Shown: piece by piece, positions 9,105 through 18,979 of the stretch
How the letters are laid out: each line of letters opens with the position of its first letter
Numbering within the stretch: the stretch's first letter is position 1
NCBI GenBank assembly: GCA_964612275.1
Contig: CAZTES010000002.1
Coordinates: 1 to 58,943 of the forward strand
Length of the DNA: 58,943 nucleotides
Reading direction: 5' to 3'
Source of the DNA: an uncultured Rikenellaceae bacterium
GTDB lineage: Bacteria; Bacteroidota; Bacteroidia; Bacteroidales; VadinHA17
Program-made: the position numbers and the translations under genes
Notes under the pieces: generated by a model
What the model was told of the DNA's origin: nothing
Database searches by the model: none
Seen by the model: only the letters and a program-made list of their open reading frames with translations

Positions 9105-11759
9105 TTACTTATAATTCATCACCGGCCATTGCCATCTTTCCGTCACCACTCCTTTTTTGCTGATGGAATGGTCATTCCATTCCATTGTCACGGTATATTC
9201 ACCAGGGTTGCTGCGCAATGTATTCCAGTACAATTTATGTATTCCCTGTTCCGGTTTTATGGAACGGCTATGGATCTTCTCCCCTTCTTCATCCTTGATA
9301 GTAACTGTCGCTTTTTCTCCATGACTTTCTTTGAAGCAATACCATATCTCCAGCCCAGCCGGTTCATTAGGTGTACGGATATGGTTGCTGCCGGTCATGT
9401 GATAGTTCCCCCACCATGCCTGCTGTGAAAAGTTCATTTGTGGTTTAGGTTCAATATCAAACAGGTAGTATTCGGATTCCTCCACTTCCGGGGTAAATTG
9501 TTGCAGTGGGCTGATATCGGTGATCCAGGCTCCCCGTCCATAGGTTCCAACCACAAGATCATTTTCGCGGGGATGGACCAGCAGATCGCGAACGACTACC
9601 GGTGGCATATTTGCCTGTAAGGGTGACCAATTCTGCCCCCCATTGAGGCTAACGTACACTCCGATATCATTCCCCACAAACAGAAGGTCCTCATTTTTAA
9701 GGTCTTCATAGATCACATTGACCGGATAATCCGGAAGATCGGAAGATATATCCTGCCAGGTTATACCATAATCGGTTGTTTTGAACAGGTAGGGTTTGAA
9801 GTCATCGTTCCGGAATCCACATTTGGTAACATATGCCGTTCCGGCATCGTGGCTGGAAGTCACCACCCGGCTCACCCACCGGTCCTCCGGTGCACCAAGA
9901 GCAGTTATTTTATCGGTCATCTCCTGCCAGGACTCGCCTCCATTTTTTGTCAGGTGTATATGTCCGTCATCGGTTCCCACCCAGATCACCCCTTCTTCAA
10001 GAGGGGATTCCGAAATGGTGGTGATGGTGCAATACATGATATGCCCTGTTCCGGCAATTTTTTCCTTGTTATTATCAGTGAGGTCGGGGCTTATTGCTTC
10101 CCATGTGTCTCCCCGGTCGGCTGACCGTAGTAATTTTTGTCCCCCGGTATAGATCACTTTGCTGTTATGAGGAGAGAGCATAATTGGGGTATTCCAGGTA
10201 TAGCGGTAAAAATCTTCACCTTCCGGAGCCCGGGGTGTAATCTCGACCCGTTCACCGATGGACTGGTCAACCCGATGATGTTTACCGAACTGGGTTGTAA
10301 AATAGAACCACCGGTTATCGGTATGGTCCACTTTGCAATGCATCCCATCCCACATACCCACGATGACCCAGTCCTTAATGCTTATCTGGCCTGACCAGCT
10401 GTTGGAGGGCCCTTTCCACACCTCATGATCCTGTAGTCCGATATAGATGTTATAGGGTTCTGCATCATCGACCTCTACCATATAGATCTCACCAAGTGGC
10501 AGCTGGTAGTAATGGTTCATGGTCAATCCGCCATCCCAGGTGGAATAGATTCCTCCATCCGATCCAAGCATCATGTGTTGCGGATCGTTCGGATCGATCC
10601 AGAAAGAACGGTTGTCTCCGAAATTCGACTGGAAACGGTCCTGGTCCCTGAAAGTCGGCCAGGTTTTTCCGCCATCCAGTGTATAGTATTGTCCCACACC
10701 AATGATGTATATCTTATCCGAATCGACCGGATCGATACAGATTTTATTGAAACTGTAGGCTGCTTTTCCACTGACATCGATTTTTTCCGGATCGTTTATT
10801 CTTTCCCATGACTTTCCTGCATCGAAGGACCGGTAGGCTTCGCCGCCGATCAGGTGATCAAAGGAGTGATCGGTGAATTCATCAAACGGTACCGGGGCAT
10901 TGGGATCGGCTCCCGGTTTGACATTCAGGTTCTGGATGACTGTCACCAGGATATCCGGATCAGCACGATGGATGTCGATGCCAATGCGTCCCAGCTGACC
11001 TTCCGGTAATCCTCCTGTCAGTATCTTCCAGCCGGCTCCCCCATCGGTTGTTTTATATATCCTGCTCTTCTCGCCTCCCGGCACGTAGGTCCATGGTGTT
11101 CTGATTTTCTCATAGCTGCAGGCATACAAAACGTCAGGATTGTCGTAATTGACGGCCATGTCGATAAAGCCGGTGGCGTCATCCACATAGAGTACTTTTT
11201 CCCAGGTTTTCCCTCCATTGGTTGTTTTAAACACTCCCCGCTCCTCGTTATTGCTGAAAAGGTGGCCCATAACAGCCACCCAGACAATTTCGGGATTGGA
11301 AGGATGAATGATGATTTCTGCAATGTGGTGTGAATCATCCAGTCCCATATGTTCCCAGGTTGTTCCGGCATCTTCCGATTTCCAGATGCCGTTCCCATAA
11401 TAGGACGAGCGGGCATTGAAATCCTCACCCGTTCCGACCCAGAGAATATCCGGATCAGAGGGTGCCACTGCCACAGCTCCCATAGAGGATGTCCCCATGG
11501 TATCCGAAATGCATTCAAAAGTAGTTCCGTTGTTGGTGGTTTTCCATACACCACCGGCACGCGGTACAACATAGAAGGTGTATTTGTATTTCTCTCCCGG
11601 GTTTTCCGGCACCGCGATATCACCCACCCAGGCACTGATACGGAACGCCCCCAGGTTTCTGTACTGAAATGCATCAAACAGATCCTCTTGAGCTACAGCA
11701 TGCTTTGATACAAGAACAGTAGCTATGAAAACAAAACATTGAAATAAAGTTTTTTTCAT
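9105..11759 (-). CDS. Secreted BNR/Asp-box repeat protein (sortilin/VPS10-like double beta-propeller; 'glycosyl hydrolase BNR repeat' type)
   Basis: 884 aa, signal peptide ending AVAQ. At least 9 Asp-box-like motifs, e.g. SEDAGTTW, TNGGKTW, SFDAGKSW, TLDGGKTW, SADRGDTW, TKNGGESW, TTDYGITW, SLNGGQNW. Confidence 0.7.
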   Translation of the reverse strand: MKKTLFQCFVFIATVLVSKHAVAQEDLFDAFQYRNLGAFRISAWVGDIAVPENPGEKYKYTFYVVPRAGGVWKTTNNGTTFECISDTMGTSSMGAVAVAPSDPDILWVGTGEDFNARSSYYGNGIWKSEDAGTTWEHMGLDDSHHIAEIIIHPSNPEIVWVAVMGHLFSNNEERGVFKTTNGGKTWEKVLYVDDATGFIDMAVNYDNPDVLYACSYEKIRTPWTYVPGGEKSRIYKTTDGGAGWKILTGGLPEGQLGRIGIDIHRADPDILVTVIQNLNVKPGADPNAPVPFDEFTDHSFDHLIGGEAYRSFDAGKSWERINDPEKIDVSGKAAYSFNKICIDPVDSDKIYIIGVGQYYTLDGGKTWPTFRDQDRFQSNFGDNRSFWIDPNDPQHMMLGSDGGIYSTWDGGLTMNHYYQLPLGEIYMVEVDDAEPYNIYIGLQDHEVWKGPSNSWSGQISIKDWVIVGMWDGMHCKVDHTDNRWFYFTTQFGKHHRVDQSIGERVEITPRAPEGEDFYRYTWNTPIMLSPHNSKVIYTGGQKLLRSADRGDTWEAISPDLTDNNKEKIAGTGHIMYCTITTISESPLEEGVIWVGTDDGHIHLTKNGGESWQEMTDKITALGAPEDRWVSRVVTSSHDAGTAYVTKCGFRNDDFKPYLFKTTDYGITWQDISSDLPDYPVNVIYEDLKNEDLLFVGNDIGVYVSLNGGQNWSPLQANMPPVVVRDLLVHPRENDLVVGTYGRGAWITDISPLQQFTPEVEESEYYLFDIEPKPQMNFSQQAWWGNYHMTGSNHIRTPNEPAGLEIWYCFKESHGEKATVTIKDEEGEKIHSRSIKPEQGIHKLYWNTLRSNPGEYTVTMEWNDHSISKKGVVTERWQWPVMNYK

Positions 11760-11828
11760 TCGTTCAATTTTTTAGTACCTTCTTCATTCGACATTTTTTA
11801 TTCAGTATTCGATATTTATTTGCTTTAC

Positions 11829-14231
11829 TTACCACACTTCCCATTCGTATATTCCGCTTGAAAACTCCTTACTCAGCTGCACCTGTAATCTTAATGCGGT
11901 GGTTGTCACGGGTTCAAATTTAATCTCATCCCAGTCATCTTTTGTAACGGTGTATTCACCTTTCACCTGCACCGGTTTCCAGCCGTCACCTGATGCATAG
12001 AGAACCCGCCACGAATCCGGGATCCTGCATCCCCCGTGTGGCCGGTCATCAAACCAGTATACCCGCACTCTCGAAACGGTTTCCGGTTGTTCGAATGTAT
12101 ATTGCAACCATTCTGACTGATCTTTTCCGGGCCACCAGTGGAAGTAAGGTACGGAGTGGTCGTTTGAATGCTTCGCTGTCATCTGATCCTTAATGCAATT
12201 GATATCTGCCTTCTCAAGCGATCCGGTTACTTTACTCCTGTAGGCTATTGTCGGTGCGGGTGACGGATGGCTAACGTCCGTTGTGGTTGGAAACCATACG
12301 ATCATCTCGGAGGGTCCCCGGTTTGCCCAGGCATGGTAAGGGATCAGGGTAATCTCCGTAGGTTCATCCACGGCAACTTCATTTTCCAGGGTTTTTCTTG
12401 CCGGGCTTGCCATAGCGGTCACGATTTGTATTCCCTGGAGGAGGTCTTCTTCAAACCGTGTGCTCACCGTTTTATCCAGATCAAGTATCAGGTTCATGAC
12501 CTGTCCGTTTTCCCTGTCTTTCCCCTCGGCACAGTATACCATCGGCCCGCGCTGGATGGCGATCTTGTCCCGGTCTTCGGCAACGGAATCGTGTGCCACA
12601 ATCCTCCTGACCGGCATTGGGATGGTAAGTTCAACCACATCACCCGGCTGCCATTCCCTGTCGAGGACCAGGTAACCCTGTTCGATCCCTGCCCGTTGTT
12701 TCTCACCATTGAGGGTCAGGTTTATCTTTTCATCAGAAGGTGTCAGGAAATGATAGAGATCACTTGGAATGGCTTCACCCCTTGCCCAGCCGGGTACCCT
12801 GAGATAGAGTTTGAAAGACATTTTGCCTGCCGGGTTGATTGTTATTTCGATATTACCATCCCAGGGGTACTCCGTTTTCTGTACGATTTTGACTGGTTCA
12901 CCATCCAGATCGATCACGGCGTTATTACCAATGTACAGGTTAACATAGAGTCGATCCGAAGTTTTTCCATAGATATATCCGGGAATGGATGGCAGGAACC
13001 GGCAAATATTGGAAGGGCAGCAGGCACAGCCAAACCATTCCTGCCGCTGGTGTTGCCCGTAGGATTCAAGCCGGTTTGGATAGAAGAACAGGTCACCGCT
13101 CAGGGAAACGCCGGAAAGCAGCGCATTATAAAGGGTACGTTCCAGGATATCATAATATTTCACCTCGCCCTTATGCTGGAACATCCGGTGGTTCCAGAAC
13201 ACGTTGGCAATGGAAGCACAGGTTTCACAATAGGCCGTCAGGTTCGGCAGGTTGTAGGGTTCTGCAAACCCCTCGTTCCCTCCTGCTGCACCGATACCAC
13301 CCGTGATATAAATTTTCCGGTAAACGATATCCTCCCAGATCCGGCTTATCGCATCCACGTAAGCCTGGTCACTGGTCATAGCTGCTACATCAGCCATTCC
13401 GGAATACATATAGGCTGCCCTGACCGAATGTCCCACGGCGGAATCCTGTTCGATCACTTTTTTATGCGACTGGCTATATTCCTCTCCCCCGTCGCGCACA
13501 TCGAGAAAAAACTTCGCAAGATCCAGGTATTTCCGGTCACCGGTAATACGGTAGAGTTTTACCAGTCCGATTTCGATCTCCTGGTGTCCCGGGTAGCTTT
13601 CAAACTTACCCCATCCGAAATCCCTGTCAACCAGTTCCGTCGATTTAATGGCAATATCCAGGAATGTACTCTTCCCGGTTGCCTGGTAATGAGCAACAGC
13701 CGCCTCATACATGTGTCCCAGGTTATACAGTTCGTGGCTGAGGATGTGTGTTTTTTCCCACCGTTTACCTACCCAGGGATGGGAATCATCCCCCATGATG
13801 GTACGATAAGTATAGAGGTAACCATCCTCTTCCTGTGCTTCTCCAATATAGAAGATCAGGGTATCAATGATGGCTTCAAGCTCCGGATCCGGGAAGGTTT
13901 GCAGCGAATAGGATGCTCCTTCGATGATCTTGAAGACATCCGAATCGTCAAACGGATAGATCGAGCAGAATTCTCCCTCTTCGTATCCCCCGGCGATTTT
14001 GAAATTTTTTATCCTGCCTGTCTCTTCAGACTGGGCGATGGCAATGGGAATGGTTACTTCGTGGTTTTTTTTGATCTTCGGAGCCCAGAATTTGTCGGCT
14101 AGTTTCACCGAAGTAAACGGTACCGGCTCAATGGGCTGGTCCGGATTCGTCTGCGATGAACAGTTTTGCAACAAACAGAAAATAATGATGAGATTTCCAA
14201 TAAGGATTGAATATTTTTTTCTACCTTTCAT
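11829..14231 (-). CDS. Glycoside hydrolase family 127 (beta-L-arabinofuranosidase-like) with C-terminal galactose-binding/discoidin-like domain, lipoprotein
   Basis: 800 aa, lipoprotein signal ...FCLLQNC. GH127 motifs GHMYEAAVAHYQATGK, YCETCASIANV and FGCACCPSNICRF. The C-terminal ~150 aa (EWLQYTF...VYWFDD...ALRLQV...GIYEWEVW) look like a carbohydrate-binding module. Confidence 0.8.
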   Translation of the reverse strand: MKGRKKYSILIGNLIIIFCLLQNCSSQTNPDQPIEPVPFTSVKLADKFWAPKIKKNHEVTIPIAIAQSEETGRIKNFKIAGGYEEGEFCSIYPFDDSDVFKIIEGASYSLQTFPDPELEAIIDTLIFYIGEAQEEDGYLYTYRTIMGDDSHPWVGKRWEKTHILSHELYNLGHMYEAAVAHYQATGKSTFLDIAIKSTELVDRDFGWGKFESYPGHQEIEIGLVKLYRITGDRKYLDLAKFFLDVRDGGEEYSQSHKKVIEQDSAVGHSVRAAYMYSGMADVAAMTSDQAYVDAISRIWEDIVYRKIYITGGIGAAGGNEGFAEPYNLPNLTAYCETCASIANVFWNHRMFQHKGEVKYYDILERTLYNALLSGVSLSGDLFFYPNRLESYGQHQRQEWFGCACCPSNICRFLPSIPGYIYGKTSDRLYVNLYIGNNAVIDLDGEPVKIVQKTEYPWDGNIEITINPAGKMSFKLYLRVPGWARGEAIPSDLYHFLTPSDEKINLTLNGEKQRAGIEQGYLVLDREWQPGDVVELTIPMPVRRIVAHDSVAEDRDKIAIQRGPMVYCAEGKDRENGQVMNLILDLDKTVSTRFEEDLLQGIQIVTAMASPARKTLENEVAVDEPTEITLIPYHAWANRGPSEMIVWFPTTTDVSHPSPAPTIAYRSKVTGSLEKADINCIKDQMTAKHSNDHSVPYFHWWPGKDQSEWLQYTFEQPETVSRVRVYWFDDRPHGGCRIPDSWRVLYASGDGWKPVQVKGEYTVTKDDWDEIKFEPVTTTALRLQVQLSKEFSSGIYEWEVW

Positions 14232-14303
14232 AGAAGGTTCTTTTACATATCTTAAAAGTTTGTAACGGCTATTAACATTTTACCTTTTACTCTTACTTCT
14301 CTC

Positions 14304-14364
14304 TTATCAACTTACCAACTTGTTAACTTATAACTCTGTCCCCTCACTTCTCACCACTCACTTC
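14304..14364. repeat. Word-repeat mosaic (complement of aagtt words, then ctcac words)
   Basis: ttatcaacttaccaacttgttaacttataac (14304-14334), then cctcacttctcaccactcacttc (14342-14364). The second is the complement type of gtgagtggtgaga at 20561-20573. Confidence 0.7.
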
Positions 14365-14456
14365 TTTAACGCTGAACTCTGTACTCTCCTACCGCCCGCC
14401 TGCCTCGGGCAGGGTTTAACAGCCTGTGGCTGGCTGGCAGTGGGAATTGCAGACTG

Positions 14457-16133
14457 TCACATCGTCAACCCCCTCTCCACGAACTCTCCCAGTCTTGAAT
14501 ATTTATCATAGAGCACCCTATATTTCTCTGCATTTTCCGGATTTGGGACATACTCTGCTTCAAATCCACTACCCATAGCTTTCTGTGCTTCTTCGATGGT
14601 TGCATAAAAGCCTCCCACCACTGCAGCTGCCATGGCAGATCCCAGGGCACAGGCTTGTTCTGCACGGGCTACTTTAATGGGCATATTCAGCACATCGGCA
14701 ACCACCTGCATGACGAAGGGTGATTTTTTAGCAACACCACCCAGGGCGATTACTCCCTTAATTTCCACGCCTTCGGCAACAAACCGGTCAACGATTTTTT
14801 TCGATCCGAAGGCAGTGGCTTCCACCAGTGCCCGGAAGATCCTGGGAGCATTGGATCCCAGGGTTAGTCCTGTAATTGCTCCCTTCAGGTTCTGGTTTGC
14901 ATCCGGTGTCCTCCTTCCGTTAAGCCAGTCCAGCGCTACGATCCCTGATTCTTCAATTGGAATGTTTTTCGCCTGTTCGGACAATTCCGGGATCATTCGT
15001 TCCGATATCTCCGTGATCAGCTTTTCCTTTGCCGGTTCGTCCATGGTGTTGCTTTGCGGCACGAATCGTTCAACGGGCCACATGAGCAGGTTTTTAAACC
15101 AGGCATAGACATCCCCGAAAGCAGACTGTCCGGCTTCGAGCCCCAGCATCCCGGGTGTAATCGATCCGTCAACCTGTCCACAAATTCCCTGAACCAGCTT
15201 ATCTCCAAATTCCTTCATTGGTGTCACCAGCATATCGCAGGTTGATGTCCCCATCACCTTGCTCAGGTAACCGGGTTCTATCTCACCGCCCACAGCGCCA
15301 AGATGGGCATCAAATGCACCAACACCCACTTTGACCTTTTCTGTTAATCCGAGTTTCTCAGCCCATTCGGCAGTAAGGGTTCCAACATTCACCTCACAGG
15401 TAAAGGTATCCCTGTACAACCGCTCTCTCAGTCCGGCAAGAAGAGGGTCCAGCTTTAAAAGAAATTCCTCCGAAGGCAAGCCGCCAAAGGCTTCATGCCA
15501 CATGGCTTTATGCCCTGCTGCACATCGGCTTCGTTTCAAAGTGGGCGGATCGGTGTTGCCGGTAAGTATCGCCGGTATCCAGTCGCAGTGTTCCACCCAA
15601 GAAAAAGCATGTTCCCGAACATCTTTATCCTCCCGCAGGATATGCAAAATTTTTGCCCAGAACCATTCGGATGAATAAATTCCACCTTCAAATTTTGTAT
15701 AGTCAATCCCTCCCCAGGATCGTGCAAGCTTATTGATCTCATCCGCTTCTTTCACTGCCGTATGATCCTTCCATAAGATGAACATTGCGTTTGGATTATC
15801 ACGAAATCCACTGGACAGGGAAAGGGGGATTCCCTCTTCATTTACTGCAACGGGGGTTGAACCTGTAGTATCCACGGAAATGGCGATAATATCGGCGGCA
15901 TCCAGTCCATTTGCATGCTGCAAGGCTTCCCGGATGGTGTATTCCAGCCCTTCCAGATAATCCAGGGGGTGCTGCCGGAACTGGTTTGTTGAGGGATCAC
16001 AATATTTTCCGTTCTTCCACCGGGGGTAGTCGAATACCGATGATGCCATTTCTGTTCCATCAGCGGCATCGATGATGACCGAACGGATTGAATCGGTCCC
16101 AAAATCAACGCCAATTACATAGTTCTTTTTCAT
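14457..16133 (-). CDS. araB: Ribulokinase (FGGY family)
   Basis: MKKNYVIGVDFGTDSIRSV... from ATG 16133 (the track ORF begins 8 codons upstream). Length and sequence are typical of AraB. Sits within the ara cluster. Confidence 0.85.
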   Translation of the reverse strand: MKKNYVIGVDFGTDSIRSVIIDAADGTEMASSVFDYPRWKNGKYCDPSTNQFRQHPLDYLEGLEYTIREALQHANGLDAADIIAISVDTTGSTPVAVNEEGIPLSLSSGFRDNPNAMFILWKDHTAVKEADEINKLARSWGGIDYTKFEGGIYSSEWFWAKILHILREDKDVREHAFSWVEHCDWIPAILTGNTDPPTLKRSRCAAGHKAMWHEAFGGLPSEEFLLKLDPLLAGLRERLYRDTFTCEVNVGTLTAEWAEKLGLTEKVKVGVGAFDAHLGAVGGEIEPGYLSKVMGTSTCDMLVTPMKEFGDKLVQGICGQVDGSITPGMLGLEAGQSAFGDVYAWFKNLLMWPVERFVPQSNTMDEPAKEKLITEISERMIPELSEQAKNIPIEESGIVALDWLNGRRTPDANQNLKGAITGLTLGSNAPRIFRALVEATAFGSKKIVDRFVAEGVEIKGVIALGGVAKKSPFVMQVVADVLNMPIKVARAEQACALGSAMAAAVVGGFYATIEEAQKAMGSGFEAEYVPNPENAEKYRVLYDKYSRLGEFVERGLTM

Positions 16134-16176
16134 ACGTACGGTACTGTTAATCTGCAATATTTTATCATAAAACTAA

Positions 16177-17736
16177 TTATTTAATATGCAAGACCACCAC
16201 GGATTTTGCCGGCAAATCTATTTCCAGGCTTCCTTTATTAAGCTTTGCTCCTTCAAACGAACGGGGTACTACGATCTCTCCCGTATCAAAATCATTATGA
16301 TCGGTCATGTTGGGTGATGTAAGGATTTCGCCTGACACGCTTGAGCACTTTTTCCCTCTGATCTCACATACGATTTCTTTGCCTTCACGGGGATTCGTGT
16401 TTACAATGGAGAGGTGCATGGTTCCTTCCTCATCCAGTGAGGCAGAGGCAGAAAGGGAAGGCACTTTCTTTTCCTCGTATTGGTAATCATCACAGGTGAG
16501 TGATAGCGGAAGGAGTGTTGCATCCTGGTGCACTTTGAACATCCGGAAAGCATAATAGGAGGGTGTCCGGATCATTTGTTCATCTTTCGTCAGGATCATT
16601 GCCTGGAGGACATTTACTGTCTGGGCGATGTTTGCCATTTTCACCCGGTCGCAATGGGTATTAAAAATGTTCAGGTTGATGGCGGCAACAACGGCATCCC
16701 GGAGGCTGTTCCGCTGGTAGAGAAATCCGGGTTCGGTTCCCGGATCCACGTCGAACCAGTTTCCCCATTCATCCACATAGAGTCCGATTCGTTTCTCCGG
16801 ATCGTACTGGTCCATGATGGTCGAATGACGCAAGATGAGTTCGTCCATCTGCAGGGTTTTTTGCATGGTTGAGATCCATTCCCATTCATTGAACTGAGTT
16901 GCTGAACCCCTATGCCCCCATCCATCCATCACAGTGTAGTAATGGAGGGCTAATCCCTGCATCATCCATCGGTTTTTCGGATTTTCCATCAATACTTCCG
17001 TCCAGTAATAATCTGCATCGCTCGGACCGCAAGCAATTCTCAGCATCCTGTTCCCACCCAGGTTCCTGCAGTAGGTTGAATACCTGCGCATGAGGTCAGC
17101 ATAATATTCCGGGGTCATATTGCCCCCGCATCCCCAATTCTCATTTCCCAGTGCCCAGAACCGTACTTTCCAGGGATCTTCCCTGCCGTTTTGTTTGCGC
17201 AGACGGGTCATGGGGTTGTCAGCATCCGATGTGAGGTATTCCACCCATTCGGCCATCTCCCGGACAGATCCACTCCCCAGGTTACCACAGATATATGCTT
17301 CGCAATCCAGTTGTTCACAGAGATCCATGAATTCATGGGTTCCAAAGCTGTTGTCTTCGGTAACACCTCCCCAGTGTACATTAACGATTGATGGACGGGA
17401 TTCACGGGGACCAATCCCATCTTTCCAGTGGTATGTATCGGCAAAACACCCCCCGGGCCATCGCAGATTGGGGATATCCAGTTCTTTCAGTGCCTGAACG
17501 ACATCGTTCCGGATACCACGTGTATTGGGGATTGGTGAATCGGAGCCAACCCAAAATCCACCATAGATACACCGACCCAGGTGTTCGGCAAAATGGCCAT
17601 AAATGTGTTTGCTGATCCGATGTTCTCCCAGATCGGCATTGATGATGATCGTATTTTCTGACGATTGGGAGAAACCATAGAAAGAAAATGGTAATATTAC
17701 AGCAAGACCTAATAGTAAGCTTTTTGTTGGATTCAT
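16177..17736 (-). CDS. abfA: Alpha-L-arabinofuranosidase, GH51
   Basis: Signal peptide present. GH51 motifs [15 protein letters not shown], acid/base region [12 protein letters not shown] and nucleophile region LYVDEWGNW. Confidence 0.85.
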   Translation of the reverse strand: MNPTKSLLLGLAVILPFSFYGFSQSSENTIIINADLGEHRISKHIYGHFAEHLGRCIYGGFWVGSDSPIPNTRGIRNDVVQALKELDIPNLRWPGGCFADTYHWKDGIGPRESRPSIVNVHWGGVTEDNSFGTHEFMDLCEQLDCEAYICGNLGSGSVREMAEWVEYLTSDADNPMTRLRKQNGREDPWKVRFWALGNENWGCGGNMTPEYYADLMRRYSTYCRNLGGNRMLRIACGPSDADYYWTEVLMENPKNRWMMQGLALHYYTVMDGWGHRGSATQFNEWEWISTMQKTLQMDELILRHSTIMDQYDPEKRIGLYVDEWGNWFDVDPGTEPGFLYQRNSLRDAVVAAINLNIFNTHCDRVKMANIAQTVNVLQAMILTKDEQMIRTPSYYAFRMFKVHQDATLLPLSLTCDDYQYEEKKVPSLSASASLDEEGTMHLSIVNTNPREGKEIVCEIRGKKCSSVSGEILTSPNMTDHNDFDTGEIVVPRSFEGAKLNKGSLEIDLPAKSVVVLHIK

Positions 17737-17797
17737 TTGAATGGGTTTAAAATTTGCTATATAAAGATTATGATTTTAGATCTATTCAGTAACCCGT

Positions 17798-17836
17798 CCC
17801 CCTTTGTCAAAGGGGGTGTCCTGCCGATGGCGGGAC
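17798..17836. repeat. Dispersed hairpin module, copy 1 (GGCRGGACAYCCCCTTTrAmCAAAGrGGG family, reverse orientation)
   Basis: ccccctttgtcaaaggggg (8-bp stem, triloop) at 17798-17816, then gtcctgccgatggcgggac at 17818-17836. The reverse complement closely matches 33108-33138. Confidence 0.7.
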
Positions 17837-17938
17837 GGGGGATTCCTACCTTTCTAAAGGTTCTTGCATTCCGGTTCAAGAAATGCTTTCCTGGTAAAAT
17901 AATTTGCAGTTGAACCGGTTTATAAAGGTGGACTTTTA

Positions 17939-17958
17939 CCCCGGGCTGCAGCCCGGGG
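17939..17958. repeat. Perfect 20-bp palindrome ccccgggctgcagcccgggg
   Basis: Self-complementary on direct reading. Lies in the araD-abfA intergenic gap and is followed by a second long hairpin at 17971-18006 (aactcc...ggagtt). Confidence 0.9.
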
Positions 17959-18067
17959 ATATTATCATTCAACTCCTGCCAGTCCGGCAGGCTGGCCTCC
18001 GGAGTTGCTTTTACTTCATCGATCATTATTCGTTAATCGATATTGGAAATTCAGTTCGATTTTCCTA

Positions 18068-18766
18068 TTATTTGCCTGTCTCATCCTGCCCATAATACGC
18101 ATCCGGTCCATGTTTTCTTGAAAAATGCTTCTCCAGGAGATCCGGATCGAATGTCACTTCCGGATTGAGCTGCAGGGTATAATAAGCCATTCTCGCTACC
18201 TGCTCAAGGACCACTGCGTTATGCACGGCATCCACCGCATTGCTTCCCCAGCAGAAGGGACCATGACCACGAACCAGTATCCCGGGGATATCCTGATACC
18301 GGATGTTCCGGAACGTTTCCGAAATCACCCTGCCCGTTTCCGTTTCATAATCCCCTTCTATCTCACTCCGGGTAAGTGATCGTGTACACGGAATTTCCCC
18401 CTTGAAATAATCTGCATGTGTAGTTCCGAGGGCAGGGATCCCTTTTCCTGCCTGTGCCCAGAGGGTCGCCCACTCAGAATGGGTATGCACAATCCCTCCG
18501 ATGTCCGGAAATTCTTTATAAAGACAGAGGTGTGTCAGGGCATCGGCAGAGGGTTTGAGATCACCTTCCACCACGTTCCCTTCCAGATCAAGCACTACCA
18601 TCTGTTCCGCTTTCATCTCACTGTAATCGATACCGCTGGGTTTGATCACAAACAAACCTTCCTTCCTGTCGATAGCACTAACATTCCCCCAGGTAAAGAT
18701 TACAAGTTTGTGGTCAACCAGTGAGCAATTGGCTTCATATACTGTTTGTTTAAGGGCTAAATGCAT
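18068..18766 (-). CDS. araD: L-ribulose-5-phosphate 4-epimerase (class II aldolase fold)
   Basis: 232 aa. Contains GNVSA and VHTHSEWAT motifs; size and context are typical of AraD. Confidence 0.9.
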   Translation of the reverse strand: MHLALKQTVYEANCSLVDHKLVIFTWGNVSAIDRKEGLFVIKPSGIDYSEMKAEQMVVLDLEGNVVEGDLKPSADALTHLCLYKEFPDIGGIVHTHSEWATLWAQAGKGIPALGTTHADYFKGEIPCTRSLTRSEIEGDYETETGRVISETFRNIRYQDIPGILVRGHGPFCWGSNAVDAVHNAVVLEQVARMAYYTLQLNPEVTFDPDLLEKHFSRKHGPDAYYGQDETGK

Positions 18767-18979
18767 GGTGTTGTATTTTAAACATTAGACTTGAATACTA
18801 ATTACCTACTGTGTGCTACAACCTTGTGCCAGATCTGTCCCAAAGATGTGTTAATATACCCTATACCAGCTGTAAAGGATTAAAATAACACTTATTTTAC
18901 TAATCAGAAAACTTTTTGGTTCAATTGTTTCATTTCTTCTATCTTTATAAACATAATTGGTACCCCAAATCATTCATCC

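Noticed and set aside
11018-11677. 219-aa same-strand, alternative-frame ORF inside the BNR-repeat gene
   Set aside because: Its Arg/Pro/Trp-rich composition is typical of an out-of-frame reading, and the main frame carries repeated Asp-box motifs. There is no evidence for an overlapping gene.
12267-14102. 611-aa plus-strand ORF entirely inside the second GH127 gene
   Set aside because: It is in exact codon register antisense to the GH127 frame, so stops arise only where the sense gene uses TTA/CTA/TCA codons. The translation is compositionally odd, has no recognisable motifs, and the sense frame has clear GH127 signatures. It is a shadow ORF.
17757-18026. 89-aa ORF in the araD-GH51 spacer
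   Set aside because: It runs straight through three palindromic repeat elements (17798-17836, 17939-17958, 17971-18006). The peptide segments GRTPPLTKGDG and PGLQPG are simply translated hairpins.
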